In this document: positions 44,501 to 57,040 of the stretch, piece after piece
How the letters are laid out: each line of letters starts with the position of its first letter
Numbering within the stretch: the stretch's first letter is position 1
DNA from: Cyanidioschyzon merolae
Lineage: Eukaryota
NCBI GenBank assembly: GCA_000091205.1
Contig: AP006502.2
Reading direction: 5' to 3' (one strand)
DNA length: 64,000 bases
Translations under genes and position numbers: made by a program
The notes under the pieces: model-generated
Database searches by the model: none
The model's input: only the letters and a program-made list of their open reading frames with translations
Told to the model about the DNA's origin: nothing

Positions 44501-44743
44501 GGCGCCTCTAGTCCGCGCGCTTCTCCACATGGTGCCTCAACAACGAGCCTACCCAAAGATAGCGACGAGTGGCCCGTCGTAACGCCGCACACTGGTGGAC
44601 GCGACGGCGAACCAAAGTCACCGCGGCACTGGCTCCGTTCGAAGCCATGTACAAAAGTCGGTCCCTGGCAGCACCAGGTGGATGCAAGTCTCATGACCGA
44701 TACACCGCTTCGAGAGTCCGCAGATCGCTCCGAATATCGCTAG
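41576..44743 (+). CDS. Myb-family transcription factor with three tandem Myb/SANT repeats (R1R2R3, c-Myb-like) and a long low-complexity C-terminal region.
   Basis: R1 [24 protein letters not shown]; R2 [47 protein letters not shown]; R3 [49 protein letters not shown]. These are followed by a Lys/Arg/Glu-rich coiled segment and then about 750 aa of Ser/Pro/Ala/Thr-rich sequence. Confidence 0.75.
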   Translation: MPPVDTVANEAADASAAASSELLSVVSATNAQKASSHDESTQVSTISSQLAVDDGAEAAAKVALTSEQPVSAAEPSARPGLDGCIEKPRGELAGPNDCTCTANPGTESQPGRDVVRSPAEWPASDDALLREKIQQCPRMDWNQVALAFQGKYTASECSQRWRQLAGRRHLKGAWSPEEDARIIDLVQKLGEKSWSRLATFLEGRTGKQCRERWFHHLAPGVNKAPWTEEEERILREKHAEFGNRWAMIARFLPGRSDNTIKNHWNGTMRRERSRQERLKRREEMERRKREKEQERQRAKMEREAKKRAETEAKARASSEQPTGKRARVHAENSQLHTAASKERKQVASASALRDLSNLPEPARNVHVDTHPFQAEMFTPKAARAAPCAETDADWLTYSTPFAAYQGGPSISCALPNTAAAPEQYSRVLHSERRAGPSLAGAASAGTMMSMPCSSASNTGMVHPHGPASCWTPVAFPGNLTPDALLNESWATSANLTAYGILDTSSGPFMASPVAMTPSSMAAFSAVAGTHLGIFTPNPSRAMGFAIAPGSSAPQEKPPSTPLRVVAGSFTPMTRYMDVSAGCSSEQREREAAQTCGPMVSQNTAHGDLRQAGPSSAGDRSIISAEFVSKTSDDAMRPVTGPEARVREMPVHAGRSDERQTPIRMPHFGAMVGGRMSTPHPSSLGQALDASEGFESHAQAPALSSGTHSTMLHAGPAVSGRQPIPPPAPSGKPWFSPMYGTRPLSSPQHPGSHSHATTDASRRFRGSTYHVSFTTNNTGATSASTIGGTFTGTAASRHRSLLNWGHARDFPEARQAVACSPSALLVNTPADGQARVGIDSSAYRARYLARVAEHGLSAERTQQPGSITCATDQDELSSSWAHLPCTPLPATPLHSLLLSEKAFEHIMPSDSGNDFLGPARLMVSSSPAEHRQPSPVAHSRPGTPVQSLRERFLQLPSEPPTSPGEISALRAPDWAPGASSPRASPHGASTTSLPKDSDEWPVVTPHTGGRDGEPKSPRHWLRSKPCTKVGPWQHQVDASLMTDTPLRESADRSEYR

Positions 44744-45107
44744 AAACGCGACGCTCGTCGCACCCGATGCCAGTACCTGCACCATAAACACCCGAAACTA
44801 CAGCATACTTCCGAGCATGTCGACTCGTGTTCGCATTACGCAAACGCAGTCTACGCTGGCATGATCCGCACACCGAGACGCCTCCGCAACGCTCTCCCGT
44901 ACGTCGATATCCGTCATGCAACTGGATATCCCTGATCAGGGCGAGCGAATTGTTCGGGGAAACAGTCAGGAACGCCACCAGCGTCGTAAAGCTATGGCGC
45001 CCGCAGCATGCGCGATAAACACCACGGCGATATCGCGCAAGGATGTTCACGCGGTGCACACACATACACCTGCGAACACTCGCTTGCTGCCTATACGATG
45101 AGCGTAA

Positions 45108-45135
45108 CTGCTGCTGCTGTTGCTGCTGCTGCTGC
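45108..45135. repeat. (CTG)n microsatellite.
   Basis: ctgctgctgctgttgctgctgctgctgc. Confidence 0.8.
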
Positions 45136-46958
45136 AAGGACGTTACGGAAAGCAAACAGCCTGAACTGTTGAGGAACATTCCGAAATTTTACCCAAAAGC
45201 GCTGACCATCGCGTTGGACCTGGTGTCCGTATTCATCGGACTGTGCCACACATGCTCTTCTGGGTTCGAGCGAAAAGCGATTGGAAAGCGCGCGTATTGT
45301 TCCAGACGAGACGCGTGGTGCTGTCGTGCAGTCACAATACGATCGATTAGCGTCGATGGGTGAATGCATGAATTGATAGATGGATGGGCGAGCGGCGTCG
45401 TGCGAGACCTTCCGAGATCCCCGTGGTATGGAGACACCAGTACTCGCCGACTCGGTCGTCGTTCGCGGCTAGCGTCGTTCTTTCCTGGTCAGGAACCACA
45501 ATAGCACAAATACGCATCATGAAACGCCTCGTATGGCGATCGTCGAACGTGAACGCACGGACTAGCGACCAGACAACCGGGATTCGGTCTTCACGAAACA
45601 TTGGCGACTTGTTTTTTTTTCAAAATTATACAGAGGTACGTGGAAAAATAGGCGTTCGCATCCACGCAGCGCACTGAAGCCGAAATTCGACACCCGGTTT
45701 CACCGAGCTTGGTGCTGCCGCTAGTACCGCAATCCTCCCTTTGCAGCAATCAAAGAAAGCGCGTACTTCCGATCCGGATCAGTGTACGCTCGGATGCGCA
45801 TTCAGTTCCGCCGAGGTCGTTTCGGTGCGCGTTTGCATATCGAGAACGCCGCGTACGCTTTAGTGCACGATGTGCGAGACGCTGAATCCGCCCCTGGTTC
45901 AGGATCGACAATCCACGGCAGGCAGCGTCATTACCAGTCACTGGGAAAGGTACAGGTTCGAGCAACGCGTCCCGTAGGAACAGCCATTCTCTTCCCAGGC
46001 CGCATCGGCAGCGTCTCGGTTTTTCCAGTCGAGCTCATCCAGCTCCCATGATGAGTTTGCATTCGTGATGAGTGAACCGCTCTGCGCGGTGTATGAGTAG
46101 CCGAGCGTGTCAGTTTCCCCATTCGGCTGCCAAGCGCGCGCATCAGAAGTCGCGTGTGAGGCCAGAGCTGTGTCGCACATGACCGGAATCTCCTCGAGCA
46201 CGTACTCCTCATCATTATCATCTGCGTAGTTCAGATCCCGTTGATCCAGCGCTGCCTGGCACCAGTCCCCGTGGCTGCGCGCTGACTCGCGACAGATTTC
46301 ATCCAGTGTTCCCCAGTTGCAGCGACCTGCGCCACGTTTCTTGGGAATCCAAACACTGCCGGAACGAATCTGCTCGCGCGAACGCTTCCCCGGTGACGAC
46401 CAGGGGGCTAGAGGCTCAGCCCCGACTGACACTGGTAACAGCACGTCCGAGGCTTGCTCCCGCGCACTCGCCGTAGACGCTGTGTCGTGCGCCGCCAGCG
46501 AGCGCAACGTCAGCCGCTGCACGCTGGGCGCGGGGCTCGACAGGCCACGTGGTGTCGCGGTGTCGCTCTCGACCACCGTCTGCAGTGTTTGTCCGTCGCC
46601 GTGAGGTTCCGCGAACTGCGCACCATGATTATCCCGAGAACTAATCAAGTGCATGAAACGATAAATGTTCGAGTTTGGGCAGTTCCAGCAGATCGCGCTC
46701 GTTTCCTGGTCGCCGAACGTGCACGGTTTGAAACACGTACCAGATAGGTTAGGTGCTTTCAGCGCAAATCGTGCGATACCACTTCCTCAAAGCAGTGTGC
46801 TCGTCGCAAAGCGCCCTGTAGACCGTGAAAACGGCCGGACGTGCTCGAGCTCGAAGTGCCTCCTCCAGGAAGGTAGGCAGGTACGGCACGTTTCCGGTTG
46901 CACCAGGCTCTCCCAGGAGCGCGAATCAGTTGATGCACGCGTCCATCGCCGGCGAGAT

Positions 46959-46984
46959 TGCGTGCGTGCGTGCGTGCGTGCGTA
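46959..46984. repeat. (GCGT)n microsatellite.
   Basis: tgcgtgcgtgcgtgcgtgcgtgcgta. Confidence 0.8.
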
Positions 46985-47874
46985 CACGTATGTACCGGAA
47001 AAGCCGCCGCGTCACGTGCGACACGCGCGCTCCTCCGGATTTGATTCCGGTCTACAGAGCGTCTCCATTTTCAGATGACAAAACGTTTACATTGACCATG
47101 GATCCCAGAATAGCGAATGGATAGTGACTTTCGGGAAAGCGTCCATCATGCTACACTGTACCTTGTATTGCTGATATTTCCTCTTGGCTGTACTAGTCGT
47201 TTCGTACGTTGTATCTGGCACCGACTACCTGGCGTTGTGTGCTAGCAATAACGCGTATAGCTCTTGTGCGAATGTTATCCTGAGACGGAACAGCTTTGCT
47301 GTACCAGAGAGGGCATCGACTCGAGGTGCGTGTCACCGCGCACGGAATTGGGACTCATCATCATTCTGGGAGCCTGGAAGCTGCGCGTACAGACGTAATG
47401 CCTGCGACTGCACAGAGCGGTATTCTAGGAGACCGCGGCGACCAGAGCGACACCCAGACGCAGCATCCTGCTCCTAGTCCCAGAACGAATTGCGTTGCGG
47501 ACGAGCTGCGCAGGTCTCGCCACAGCACCTGCCACTGGAGGAAGCATGAAGCATGAGTCCGGCAGACTCGTTCGGATCGCGGGACCTTCCGCCTAGAAGG
47601 TAAAGTTTCGAAGATATGGAAACCTTCCCCCGTTCCAACGTTTACCTTTGAGTTGGAATGTAGTTTACATCGAGTTGCTATTTAATGGTTCGTTCCTGCC
47701 CTTTCTTACCTGGGAAAATGCTCGCTGCTCACGGGCGGGCACGACTGGGTATCTGGGCAATGCGTTCCGCGCATGGTATCCAGATCCATGGGCTCGCCCG
47801 TGCGGTAGTGATACGAATGCGTTTGTAGCCTCTGTTGACTTTCGCTCATTCGCGTATGCTATCGTTCGCGAACG

Positions 47875-48369
47875 ATGTGGCTACAAATAAGTAGTGTCCG
47901 TGGGGCACTAAGACCATCGACCCAAGGATATCCTGATACCGTCGAAGCCTGTCCTTCTGGGCGACGTACCGGGACCGTTTGGCAGTGGCGTTTGTGCGCG
48001 AGCTCAGAGCCTGAGGCGCACGTGCGCTGGCGTTGCTCACAACCACCGCTGCACGTCCAACGCTGTGGCGGTGCCGAGAGCCGGCCTCCACCCAATACCC
48101 CTCTGACCGAAGTAGACTTGCTATGCTGGCAGCCGTGTCACTCTTGTCACGGCACGCTTCAAGTGCTCTGCCCGCACTGCGATGGGGAGGGCTCGCTACC
48201 CATCGAGACTCAGTTCGTGGAGTGGGTAGAGAACCCAAAAGAACTCGAGTGCAGTGCATGTCGTGGGTCCGGGTTCCTGGACTGTCAAGAATGTTTGCAA
48301 CAAGGTTTCATACCGCGCTGGAACGACGCCGAACGAGCGCAGGCAGGTCGGTTGCTCGAGGAGCGCTAG
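47875..48369 (+). CDS. Small ORF with two DnaJ-type CXXCXGXG zinc-finger repeats. The gene model is uncertain.
   Basis: CWQPCHSCHGTLQVLCPHCDGEGS and CSACRGSGFLDCQEC: paired CxxC-x-G-x-G motifs as in DnaJ or BSD2-type zinc-finger domains. Overlapping ORFs in other frames make the start uncertain. Confidence 0.3.
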   Translation: MWLQISSVRGALRPSTQGYPDTVEACPSGRRTGTVWQWRLCASSEPEAHVRWRCSQPPLHVQRCGGAESRPPPNTPLTEVDLLCWQPCHSCHGTLQVLCPHCDGEGSLPIETQFVEWVENPKELECSACRGSGFLDCQECLQQGFIPRWNDAERAQAGRLLEER

Positions 48370-49665
48370 GTGTATGCGCTGCTTTGCAAGCATGTCACGT
48401 GAGGCACCTGTAAACTGTTCCCGTGAATACCACTGGCAGTACGGTTCGAGTACTGACGCGAAAGGGGGTCCACGAGGCGGAGAAACCGCCGTATCGGTCT
48501 ACCTATGGATGCTCATTTACATCGGGGATGTCTCTACTGTAGCGGGCTTTCCGGTCCGTAAACGGATATGTTCTGCGGTGCTCCATGTAATGCTGCTACT
48601 GGTTTGCGTCGCCCTCGATCATGAATTGCGGCTGATGAATGTACTTGTCCGCTCGCGTTCTGGACAGCAACTCGGCGACCAAACGATCGTGACATCGCCA
48701 AGGCGACGGTCGGGAACTCGTGACCCGAGCGCTGCTTTCTCCATCACTCAGACGGCTCGCGTTATGCAGTTCGATAGGCAGAAGCCCTGCTTTTTTCAGA
48801 GGATGAAGTACCACGTGCGATACGGCGAGCTTCTGCCTGCTGGTTTGCAGAATGGCGACGTGCTGGCTGTTCACCTGCTTGTTTGCGAGTCGCAATGCGG
48901 CGTGATGCCGGCGCCATGTGTCGAACCTGCACCACACAAGCACACCTCACTGCCACAGGTGACAAGGTCCGCGAACTTTTGGTATTAGCTCGTAAACAAG
49001 GCCTCTATGCACGACGTCGAGTATTTTTCGTCGTCCTTCCAGCAGCACAAATTGCTGCATCCACGTGTAGCCCTGGAACAGAAACATCAAAAACTTGAAG
49101 CATGCGTGATTCGATCATGTACCACGAAAGGTAATGACAAGAATGCAATCGTGTAGATTTGAACTGCATCATGGCATCGAATATGTGAAGGTGCTATGTT
49201 ACAGGGATTCGCGATTAATTCTGCTTCAGGTAACGTTACGATTCCCAGCAGCAAACAAGCCGACGAGCAAACCAAATACGCTACCAAGAATCCTAAGAAA
49301 AGCAATGGTTCCACAATTCGTTTTCGCTTGACCTCGAATGCCGAGCATACATATCTGAATAAAGTTCGGAAATAAAAATAACCAGGAACAGCGTGAGCAC
49401 CTCCCTGTTCCAATGTAGTTTCCAACGACATTACCCCGGGCACGAGCTTCGATGCTGGATCCGCCGCCCCCTTTCGATCCGCGCCGTCTCCAGATGCGCG
49501 TCCCGTGATGCATGCATCGGTAATCCGCCGCTGCTGCTTGCCGCCGCCGCTGGGATCGACGCAGATCAACATCCGCGCCTGCGGGCGTGCATGTCGCACT
49601 GCGAAAATGTACTTGTCGGTTACCGAATTGCGCACGACGCATCTCTGGATTCCAGATAGCGAGGA

Positions 49666-50394
49666 ATGTGGACGGCTGCTTTTGTCACGTTGACGGGATC
49701 ATCTGTATATAGGCGTTCAGCGCTCTCACCTCTGGTCAGCGGACGAGCGACAGCATCACCGAGCTTTCATTCGAGGTGGGCGCGCTTCGGTGTCAAAAGT
49801 AGGCAGCGAGGTCGGCAATGCGCACGCGCGACGCTCCAGTGTCTCCTAGAACCGCTAGGATTCTTGAATGTAGCAGCTGAGGAGGCAGTGCAGAATCCGC
49901 TGGTTATCCAACGCATCGCGGACTACTTCAAAACGTTGTCCATACCGGAACCAGTTGTGGAATATGGGCACCCTGTCATGATGACCATCATGGTGGCGGC
50001 TATGGGCCTCGGAGGCGCTTACCTTGGTTGGGCAGGTCGCTTGAATCCTGACAAGCGGGCAGGAGTGAAACAGAAGCAGACACATGCCACAGTCATGGGA
50101 GCATTCACCCTGCTCGCGTTTTTAGGGGCCTCCGGCGGTATGCTCTCTGTCGCAATGCAGGGCTTCCCGGTTGGTCAATCTGCACACGCGCTGAGTGCGG
50201 TGCTTGTGCTGGTCTTACTTTCTTTCAACGGCATCTACGCTGGGACTGGGTTCGGTGCCGGCAGCAAACGCGGGCGAGAAGCGACGGAAGCAGCTGCACA
50301 GGGCCGTCGTGTGCACGCGTACCTTGGTGTTGCGATCGTGGCCGCTCTGCTCCTGCACGCCTTCCTCGGTCTGCAGATGATTATTGGAAGTTAG
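49666..50394 (+). CDS. Small 4-TM membrane protein with a His at the N-terminal end of each helix (DUF4079-like) and a Ser/Arg-rich N-terminal presequence.
   Basis: HPVMMTIMVAAMGLGGAYLGWAG; HATVMGAFTLLAFLGASGG; HALSAVLVLVLLSFNGIYAG; HAYLGVAIVAALLLHAFLG. These are preceded by ~85 aa rich in S/R/A (MWTAAFVTLTGSSVYRRSALSPLVSGRATASPSF...). Confidence 0.4.
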   Translation: MWTAAFVTLTGSSVYRRSALSPLVSGRATASPSFHSRWARFGVKSRQRGRQCARATLQCLLEPLGFLNVAAEEAVQNPLVIQRIADYFKTLSIPEPVVEYGHPVMMTIMVAAMGLGGAYLGWAGRLNPDKRAGVKQKQTHATVMGAFTLLAFLGASGGMLSVAMQGFPVGQSAHALSAVLVLVLLSFNGIYAGTGFGAGSKRGREATEAAAQGRRVHAYLGVAIVAALLLHAFLGLQMIIGS

Positions 50395-51687
50395 ATGGCA
50401 TGCGACGAACTCATGTTGCAGGCACCGCTGCCTTGAGCTAGGAGTGGCACCCGTTGTGGCCGACATATCCCTCGTACACGGTATGAAACCGGCACTAGGT
50501 GAGGCTTGAACGTGATCCTCCCGAATCATGCCTTACACGCCAGCTGATTGTCTTTGCAGTATGGACATCGTTCCAAGGCGCAGGCTCGCTCGCTGATGCA
50601 TATCTTGGAGAAGGATGCCTCCCTTGCTGTTCATGGTTCGTTGAAAATCCCTGATTTAACTGCTAGTGCATGTGGCTGCTTCATTCGCTTTATCCGTGTA
50701 TGTACCCGAGAACTGGCCCGTGCTCGCATCGCGTACTCCGAGCTGGAAGCTTGCAAACGCCTGCACAGTTCGCGGGGAATGCATAATGGACTGTAAACTC
50801 GAATCGAAAGGACGCTGGGTTGTTTGTTCGATATCACTCCATCCGTTTGGAACTAAAATGGAACACGTCGACAAAGCCAACACGGGCGCACACACGAAAG
50901 CTGGGGTCTCGTCCCAGTGACGTCGACAATAGCCTGTGTACGGGCTTTTTGCGACTAATTGCTTTTCCTGACTATAATCTCCGGTTTCGAAAACGAGCGT
51001 TCTTCTGTGTACTCCAGCTCAGCTGTTGACAGTCAAACATCGTTCATGGTAGCGTATATAGCCCGATGTTGCTATTTCCGTGAGTTATCGACGCATATCA
51101 TGTACAGGCGCAAGCTGCGACCTCTGTTTCGCCTGAAATTTTCATCTTCTTTGTATGCAGCCTCGGTGGGCGCTTCGCAGCGTTGATGCTTGGCTGTATT
51201 CAGGAGTTTCCATGTGACCATAATGTATCCTACTCCGATGGCGGCTCAGTGGCGCACGAACGCTTGCTTTATCACTCCATCCATGCCGTTGACGGATACA
51301 GAGGACTCTCCCCGGTGCTTTCTGCGGCTTCTGTTCCTGGCGCTGGGCCAAACGATCAGCGGCTTCCGCTGGGCGATCGTCTCGGTGAGTAGGCTGTTCG
51401 TTGCACACCTGCAAGCGCACGATGTTGCATTCGATACCGCACCATCCGCCTGTTTGCAAGCTGTTCGATTTCTGAGCGCGCTATCGAAAAAAGTGCCGCG
51501 GAGCTTCACAGGTATCGAAATACTTTGGTAATTCGTGGGTACGGAGTCCGCAGCTGCGGCCCGCTTGCGACGATGCGACCAATGCTGCTGGGATTCCCTT
51601 CTGTATCGCTCGCTCGTACGTCATTCTATTCACACTTTCGTTCTCTTCCGCTGACCTGAAGATAAAAGTCGCGCTTTGAGACGCAAA

Positions 51688-52439
51688 GCGAGTCTGCACT
51701 GCTCAACAGAGGGCGCTCTTCCTCGACATGTCATCGCGCGAGATGCATCGCGGTTCGGCATCATTATGTACTAGTCATCATCCGGATATGACTTGCGTCC
51801 ATTCGAGCCCGAAAGCATCGACATCAGCTTGGGTGTACAGTGCCAACGCTCGCTTTCGTTGCGGCATCTCTATCAACGTCGCGACGACCGTGAGCGTTTC
51901 CGTCGCCGCTCGCAAGTCGTTCGCCTCCGTCGACGCCCACGGGATCTGTGTCACCAGTCGCCACTCTGGGAGGCGAGTATGATGATTCCACACAAGCGTC
52001 CATGAAGCGCTTCATACAGCGCTCGGCGTGGATCCGCGGATTGTTTTCCTTTTCGAGGCCTGCTCTGATACTTTCTGGTACCTGCGCTGTACGTGTTCTT
52101 ATCGCCAATGCGCCGCTGCGACGCGTCGAGATGTTCTGGGAAGCTTGTGTCCAAAAACGTGATTTTGCGGTACCAAGACCGCATTGCGTCCTCTGTTCCG
52201 AATACCGGTTGTGCTGACGCTTGAAAGTCAGCTCGAAAGCTTTCAAAAGAAAAACTGACAGCTGGGCGCCCTGCCTCCTGAGCTCCTACGAACAAGCGCC
52301 TTCTGGGGTACGTCACAGCGAGGGAGCGTAAACAAGGCGTTGTCGAGAAACGCGCTACGCGATCCCCAGTGGTGCCCTGTGTCTCCGTTTTCGGAAGTCT
52401 CTCCCGCATGATGCCCGCTAGTAGAGAGGATTCGGCAAT
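51688..52439. repeat. Long direct repeat B, copy 1 (at least 750 bp).
   Basis: aagcgagtctgcactgctc[a/g]acagagggcgctcttcctcgacatgtcatcgcgcgagatgcatcgcg... It is near-identical to 63250 through the window end, with SNPs and one small indel. Confidence 0.85.
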
Positions 52440-54503
52440 GGTTTCAGACTGCGGTGCCTGCTCCGACGTCTTTTCCTCGCTGTCGCGCCGCGTCTGCTCC
52501 GTGGAAGGAGCCCGCTCTCCTCTGACAGACGCTTTTTCTCATTTTCACTTCTACTTGGCGGCGCGGCATGGGTGTCATTGCTATACATCACAGCCGTTTT
52601 GATCATCGTTACTCAGAAGCATCCCTCGGACAGTGAGTCCGAGACGTGCCTGTTCTATCTGTGCCTGTATCCATCTGCAACGCCTCATGCACACGCTCGT
52701 CACCACCTGCTGCTGCAAGCACGCCCGTGGTCCCAGGCGCGCCTTTCCGCTGCACCTTCTCGCCCGCTCGCACGAACCGAGAAGCAATATAGTAGCCCAG
52801 GGATGCCGAAGGTAGAGCGAGGCGTGCCGAAGAACGGTTTGTTCATGGACGGCGCCAGGGATATGCACGACTCGTCTACCGATCCCGGAGCGTAGCATGG
52901 GCGCAGGACAACACAGAAGCCATCTCCGACTGGACCGAACACAGGAAAACACGCTGACCCAAAGAGCAGCCTGATGAAAATCCCAGCTGGGGACTCCCTG
53001 ATCGCTCCTGCATCATGGCAGGCGACCTTCTCCAAGTGCAGGACAGGAGCATGCTGGATGGAAGAGCCAGAAAGCGCTGCGGCGAAGGCTGAGCCGGTGA
53101 GCAATCCTGCCCGTTTGGCGATGTAGACGCGACCACATCAAGGCATCGCCGCAAGCACTGATGTTGCTGTCATGCACGATTATCTCTTCTTTATGATTAG
53201 CGGTTTGTACCTCTTTGAGTACCCATATGCGGGTCTACCATTTGTCTCGAGTGACATCCCATCGACTACAGCGCATGCCCTTGCCTCCTGTGGTAACCGC
53301 CCGCGTTTCAATACCAACTCGATTGTGTGTGTTGCTGAACGTGCGACGATCTTGAATAGAGGCACTGTTTTTCCTTCTTCAATTCGTGTCTCTAGATCAC
53401 CGTCCCTATCAAAGGTACGATATCCTCACGTTCTGTAACTACTTTAGTCATGTTTCATCGACAGCGTATAGAGTGGCGTGGATTCGCATGGTGGCAGTCG
53501 TTTAGATAGCATTGGACAGGGTCTGTTCTCGGTGCACAAAGTTTCGGATACGGGCTACACGACTGGTGGTTCATCCACCAGCTGGACGTAGAATGGCTTA
53601 CTTGTACAGCTACGGCGGTTGTTTCACAAGCTCGTATACGGAACTTCGCGTTTTTCCGCGACCTTTCTCCAATCCACAAATAACATTCCCTATGATGAAT
53701 TCCTGCGAGAGAAACAAAACAAAAGCGTGCTGGTACAGGTGTTCCGGAATTCACCGCGCTTCCCATACGGTATGCTTTGGCCGGGAATCCTGCGGAACGC
53801 AAAACGCAACACATGCCACTGGACCAGAGAAAGGCGCCTATCCAATACGTGCCTCGAGACGTCTTGGGTGCGCGACAGCGTACAGGTTCAGATCGACTTG
53901 TCCGCCAACATGATGAGCACGGTACACTGGTCTTCGTGCCTGAGCGATCTGAACTTGGCTAAGATACGGGTGTGGTTGCGAGTCGTCCGAAGCTTCTGGT
54001 ACTGTAGACGAGCCAGCGTAGCGAAGACCGCCCCACGTACCGTACGCTCGATTGGAACCGCCAGCTGCTCGCTCCAAACGCTGGATAGATGAATGGATTC
54101 TTTCGAGTCCGGTGAATCTCGAATGCGCTTTCCAAAACATACGCACCCATATTCCGAGCGATCCAAGTGGCGAAATACATTCGTATCAGTGGGAGCGGGG
54201 CGGCGGGCTGCGCATGTGCTTGCAATAGTTGATCCAACACTGATTCGATATTCGATTCGCCATCGACAAAGATCATGCGGTTCTGAAAGCCCGCACGCTT
54301 CGAGTCCGGGAGCATGCGAGGTGGTACGCGCGAGCCACACATCATCTGCTACTACCAGCCACATCAAGATAGAAAACAACGAACGCTCTGCGATCGGCAG
54401 AGCGCCGACAGCCTATTACCGCAGGCGCATCCGCAGTTGTGCAAGCATTACCGTGCGGTTTGCTTGTACCGAGGCGAAGCCGATTTTCGATACAAGTCCT
54501 CCG

Positions 54504-56024
54504 TCAGGAGCGCAGGACCTGTCGATAAAGGTCCGCCTGGCGTTCTGCGTTCTCGAGAATTCGTTGGAACCTTGAATCGAGCTCCGCAATCAGCTGCTTC
54601 GCGGCGCTTACCTCCATCGCAAAACGTGACACTGTATCACGAAGCAGGTTGCTGAACGAGACCGCCTCGGCCTCAGCCGCCATGGAAAATTCCTCAAACC
54701 GTGACTGAAGCTCGAAGTGCTGTGCCTCTATGCGTTCCCGAAAGAGCATGCGCTCTTGATCCAGTTCTCGTTGGAGATCATGACGTTCTGCTTCACACTG
54801 CAGATGAAATCGCGCCCATTCATCGTGAAGACGGCTCTCGAGTTCTGCCTGTTCTGCAAGAAGCGAAGCTTTCCGGGCTTGCAGCGATCTTTCTATCGAA
54901 CGCTCGTACATCTCGACGGAAGTCTCCCGATGTCGCAAACTGCGCTCTCGTGCCTCCACAAGCTCAACAGGAACCATTCCCTGCATGAGACGCTCCATCC
55001 GAACACGCTGCTCTTCGAGGGTGCGCTGCATGTCGCGCAGGCGTGCCTCCCATGCCTCAAGTTCCTTCTCTCGCTGCAAGACGCTTTCCTTTCGCGCTTC
55101 GAGATCTTCCACGCGGGACTCGCGCTCGCGTAGTGCTCCTTCCCGAGCACGGAGACGCTTGTCAAGTTCAGCGTACTCGGCCTCAATCGCTTTTCGTTGC
55201 TGTTCTTCAAGTTGCTGTAGAACGACAGCGGGAACCAGATCAGCAAGCTGAGGTAGCGCTTGTGCCAGTCTCGGGAGATTCTCGCGCCAGGTCTCAATAA
55301 GCGACTTTTGCGAGCGCGCCAGCATTCTGAGCAAGTCGTGGATCTCCCGAGCATCGCGTTGTGCTCGGAGCAAGGTTACCTGCAAACGTTCGCACGAAGC
55401 TGTCGTTGCTGCAGGGACACTGCTCGCTGCGGCATTGTCCGAATGCACCTTGAAAACTGCGGCGCTGACACAGGAATCTACCACACTTTGCGCCACACTC
55501 TGTAGCTGCAATCGCTGGATTTGGTCTGTGAGCGTCTGCTGTTTGAGCTCAAACTCCACTAGGCGTCCATTCTGCTCCGCTACAACCTGCCTCAAACGCA
55601 GGGCCTCCGCTCGCGAAGACTCCAATTCTTTTTGAGACTCTTCCAGATGCTTCTGTAGTCGGCTGAGCCATTCGTCTCGTTCTTCCAGCTCAAGTCGCAA
55701 ATTGTCCACTTCAAGCTCTGCAAGCGCAACGCTTGCGAGGGTGCTGGTACTCGTGGTCTCCCCCAGGTTGGTCTTATTAGAGGAACGCGAAGCGTGCCGC
55801 CTTCCGATGCGCCAAGGACCACTGGGCATCTGTTCGTTTGTCGGTGTAGACACCTGTGGAGCCGTCTCCACCGCACTCAAGTTCGGAAGCGTGCCTGATA
55901 TCCCTGCGTCCATCAAGGGTGGGCCTCCAACCCGGGGCGCTCGTTGACAGCTTCCACAAGGCGAACACGAATCGAGCGCCCCTGCGCTGCAAAGAGCGCC
56001 CAGGCTTTCCCGATAGCGACCCAA
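54504..56024 (-). CDS. Hypothetical coiled-coil protein (506 aa).
   Basis: Long heptad-like Glu/Arg/Leu/Gln-rich sequence (LELEERDEWLSRLQKHLEESQKELESSRAEALRLRQ...). No enzymatic motif is present. Confidence 0.45.
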   Translation of the reverse strand: MGRYRESLGALCSAGALDSCSPCGSCQRAPRVGGPPLMDAGISGTLPNLSAVETAPQVSTPTNEQMPSGPWRIGRRHASRSSNKTNLGETTSTSTLASVALAELEVDNLRLELEERDEWLSRLQKHLEESQKELESSRAEALRLRQVVAEQNGRLVEFELKQQTLTDQIQRLQLQSVAQSVVDSCVSAAVFKVHSDNAAASSVPAATTASCERLQVTLLRAQRDAREIHDLLRMLARSQKSLIETWRENLPRLAQALPQLADLVPAVVLQQLEEQQRKAIEAEYAELDKRLRAREGALRERESRVEDLEARKESVLQREKELEAWEARLRDMQRTLEEQRVRMERLMQGMVPVELVEARERSLRHRETSVEMYERSIERSLQARKASLLAEQAELESRLHDEWARFHLQCEAERHDLQRELDQERMLFRERIEAQHFELQSRFEEFSMAAEAEAVSFSNLLRDTVSRFAMEVSAAKQLIAELDSRFQRILENAERQADLYRQVLRS

Positions 56025-56551
56025 GGCACTCCCGAGTCCAACGTTTTGCGTGGTGCTTGCCAGGAGCCAGACTCGCGTCTGAGACGCAGCAACCGTTGCG
56101 CTGGGATCAGTGCGCGCCTACGAGCCTCGGCTATCGATAAAAACACGCCAACTCCGGAGCGTCCTGCAGGCTCGAGGGTACTCCACAACTCTTGAAGCTC
56201 TAACTTGCGTAAACTTTCTAACGTGTACTGAAGTACACACGAAACTTATCCACCTGACAAAGCCAAGCTGCTAGTACGCTTGCGTACGACGCAATTCCGA
56301 TGTGGACACAGGTGCTACGGCACGTCGCTACCACTCGTTTCGTTCTCGAGATCCCGGCACACAAACTGCGCTTGAGGCCGCAGTATTGGCTACCAAACGC
56401 CACCGCTGCAACTGCGGCTACGCAATCAGCGCTGTTAATACTGTCTCTCTCTCTCTGGGTGTGTTTATACGGTATCGTCAAAGTCGCCTTTCACAGGTGT
56501 TCTTCTCTCAGGCTGGAAGCGAAGCGTTTGACTGTCATGCTGCGACAGCGT

Positions 56552-57040
56552 TCGGAGGAAACTTGGGCACTTGCTTGAGGTCCTTCGAAAAGCCGAATAT
56601 ATTGGTGCTCGCGAAACCGTTGAAGTGAGCGTCCGGAGGAAACTTGGGCACTTGCTTGAGGTCCCTTGCAAAGCCGGATATATTGGTGCTCGCGAAACCG
56701 TTGAAGTGAGCGTCCGGAGGAAACTTGGGCACTTGCTTGAGGTCCTTCGCAAAGCCGAATATATTGGTGCTTGTGAAATCGTTGATGTGAGCGTCCGGAG
56801 GAAACTTGGGCACTTGCTTGAGGTCCCTTGCAAAGTCGGATATATTGGTGCTCGCGAAATCGTCGATGTGAGCGCCCGGAGGAAACTTGGGCACTTGCTT
56901 GAGGTCCCTGGCAAAGTCAGATATATTGGTGCTCGCGAAATCGTTGATGTGAGCGTCCGGAGGAAACTTGGGCACTTGCTTGAGGTCCCTGGCAAACCCG
57001 GATATATTGGTGCTTGTGAAATCGTTGATATGATCCAGGG
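56552..57040. repeat. Tandem repeat, 81-bp unit, about 6 copies.
   Basis: ggaggaaacttgggcacttgcttgaggtcc[t/c]t[c/g]gcaaagccgaatatattggtgctcgcgaaa[c/t]cgttgaagtgagcgtcc recurs at 56554, 56635, 56716, ... The period is 81, a multiple of 3, so long ORFs stay open on both strands (27-aa repeats). Confidence 0.9.
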
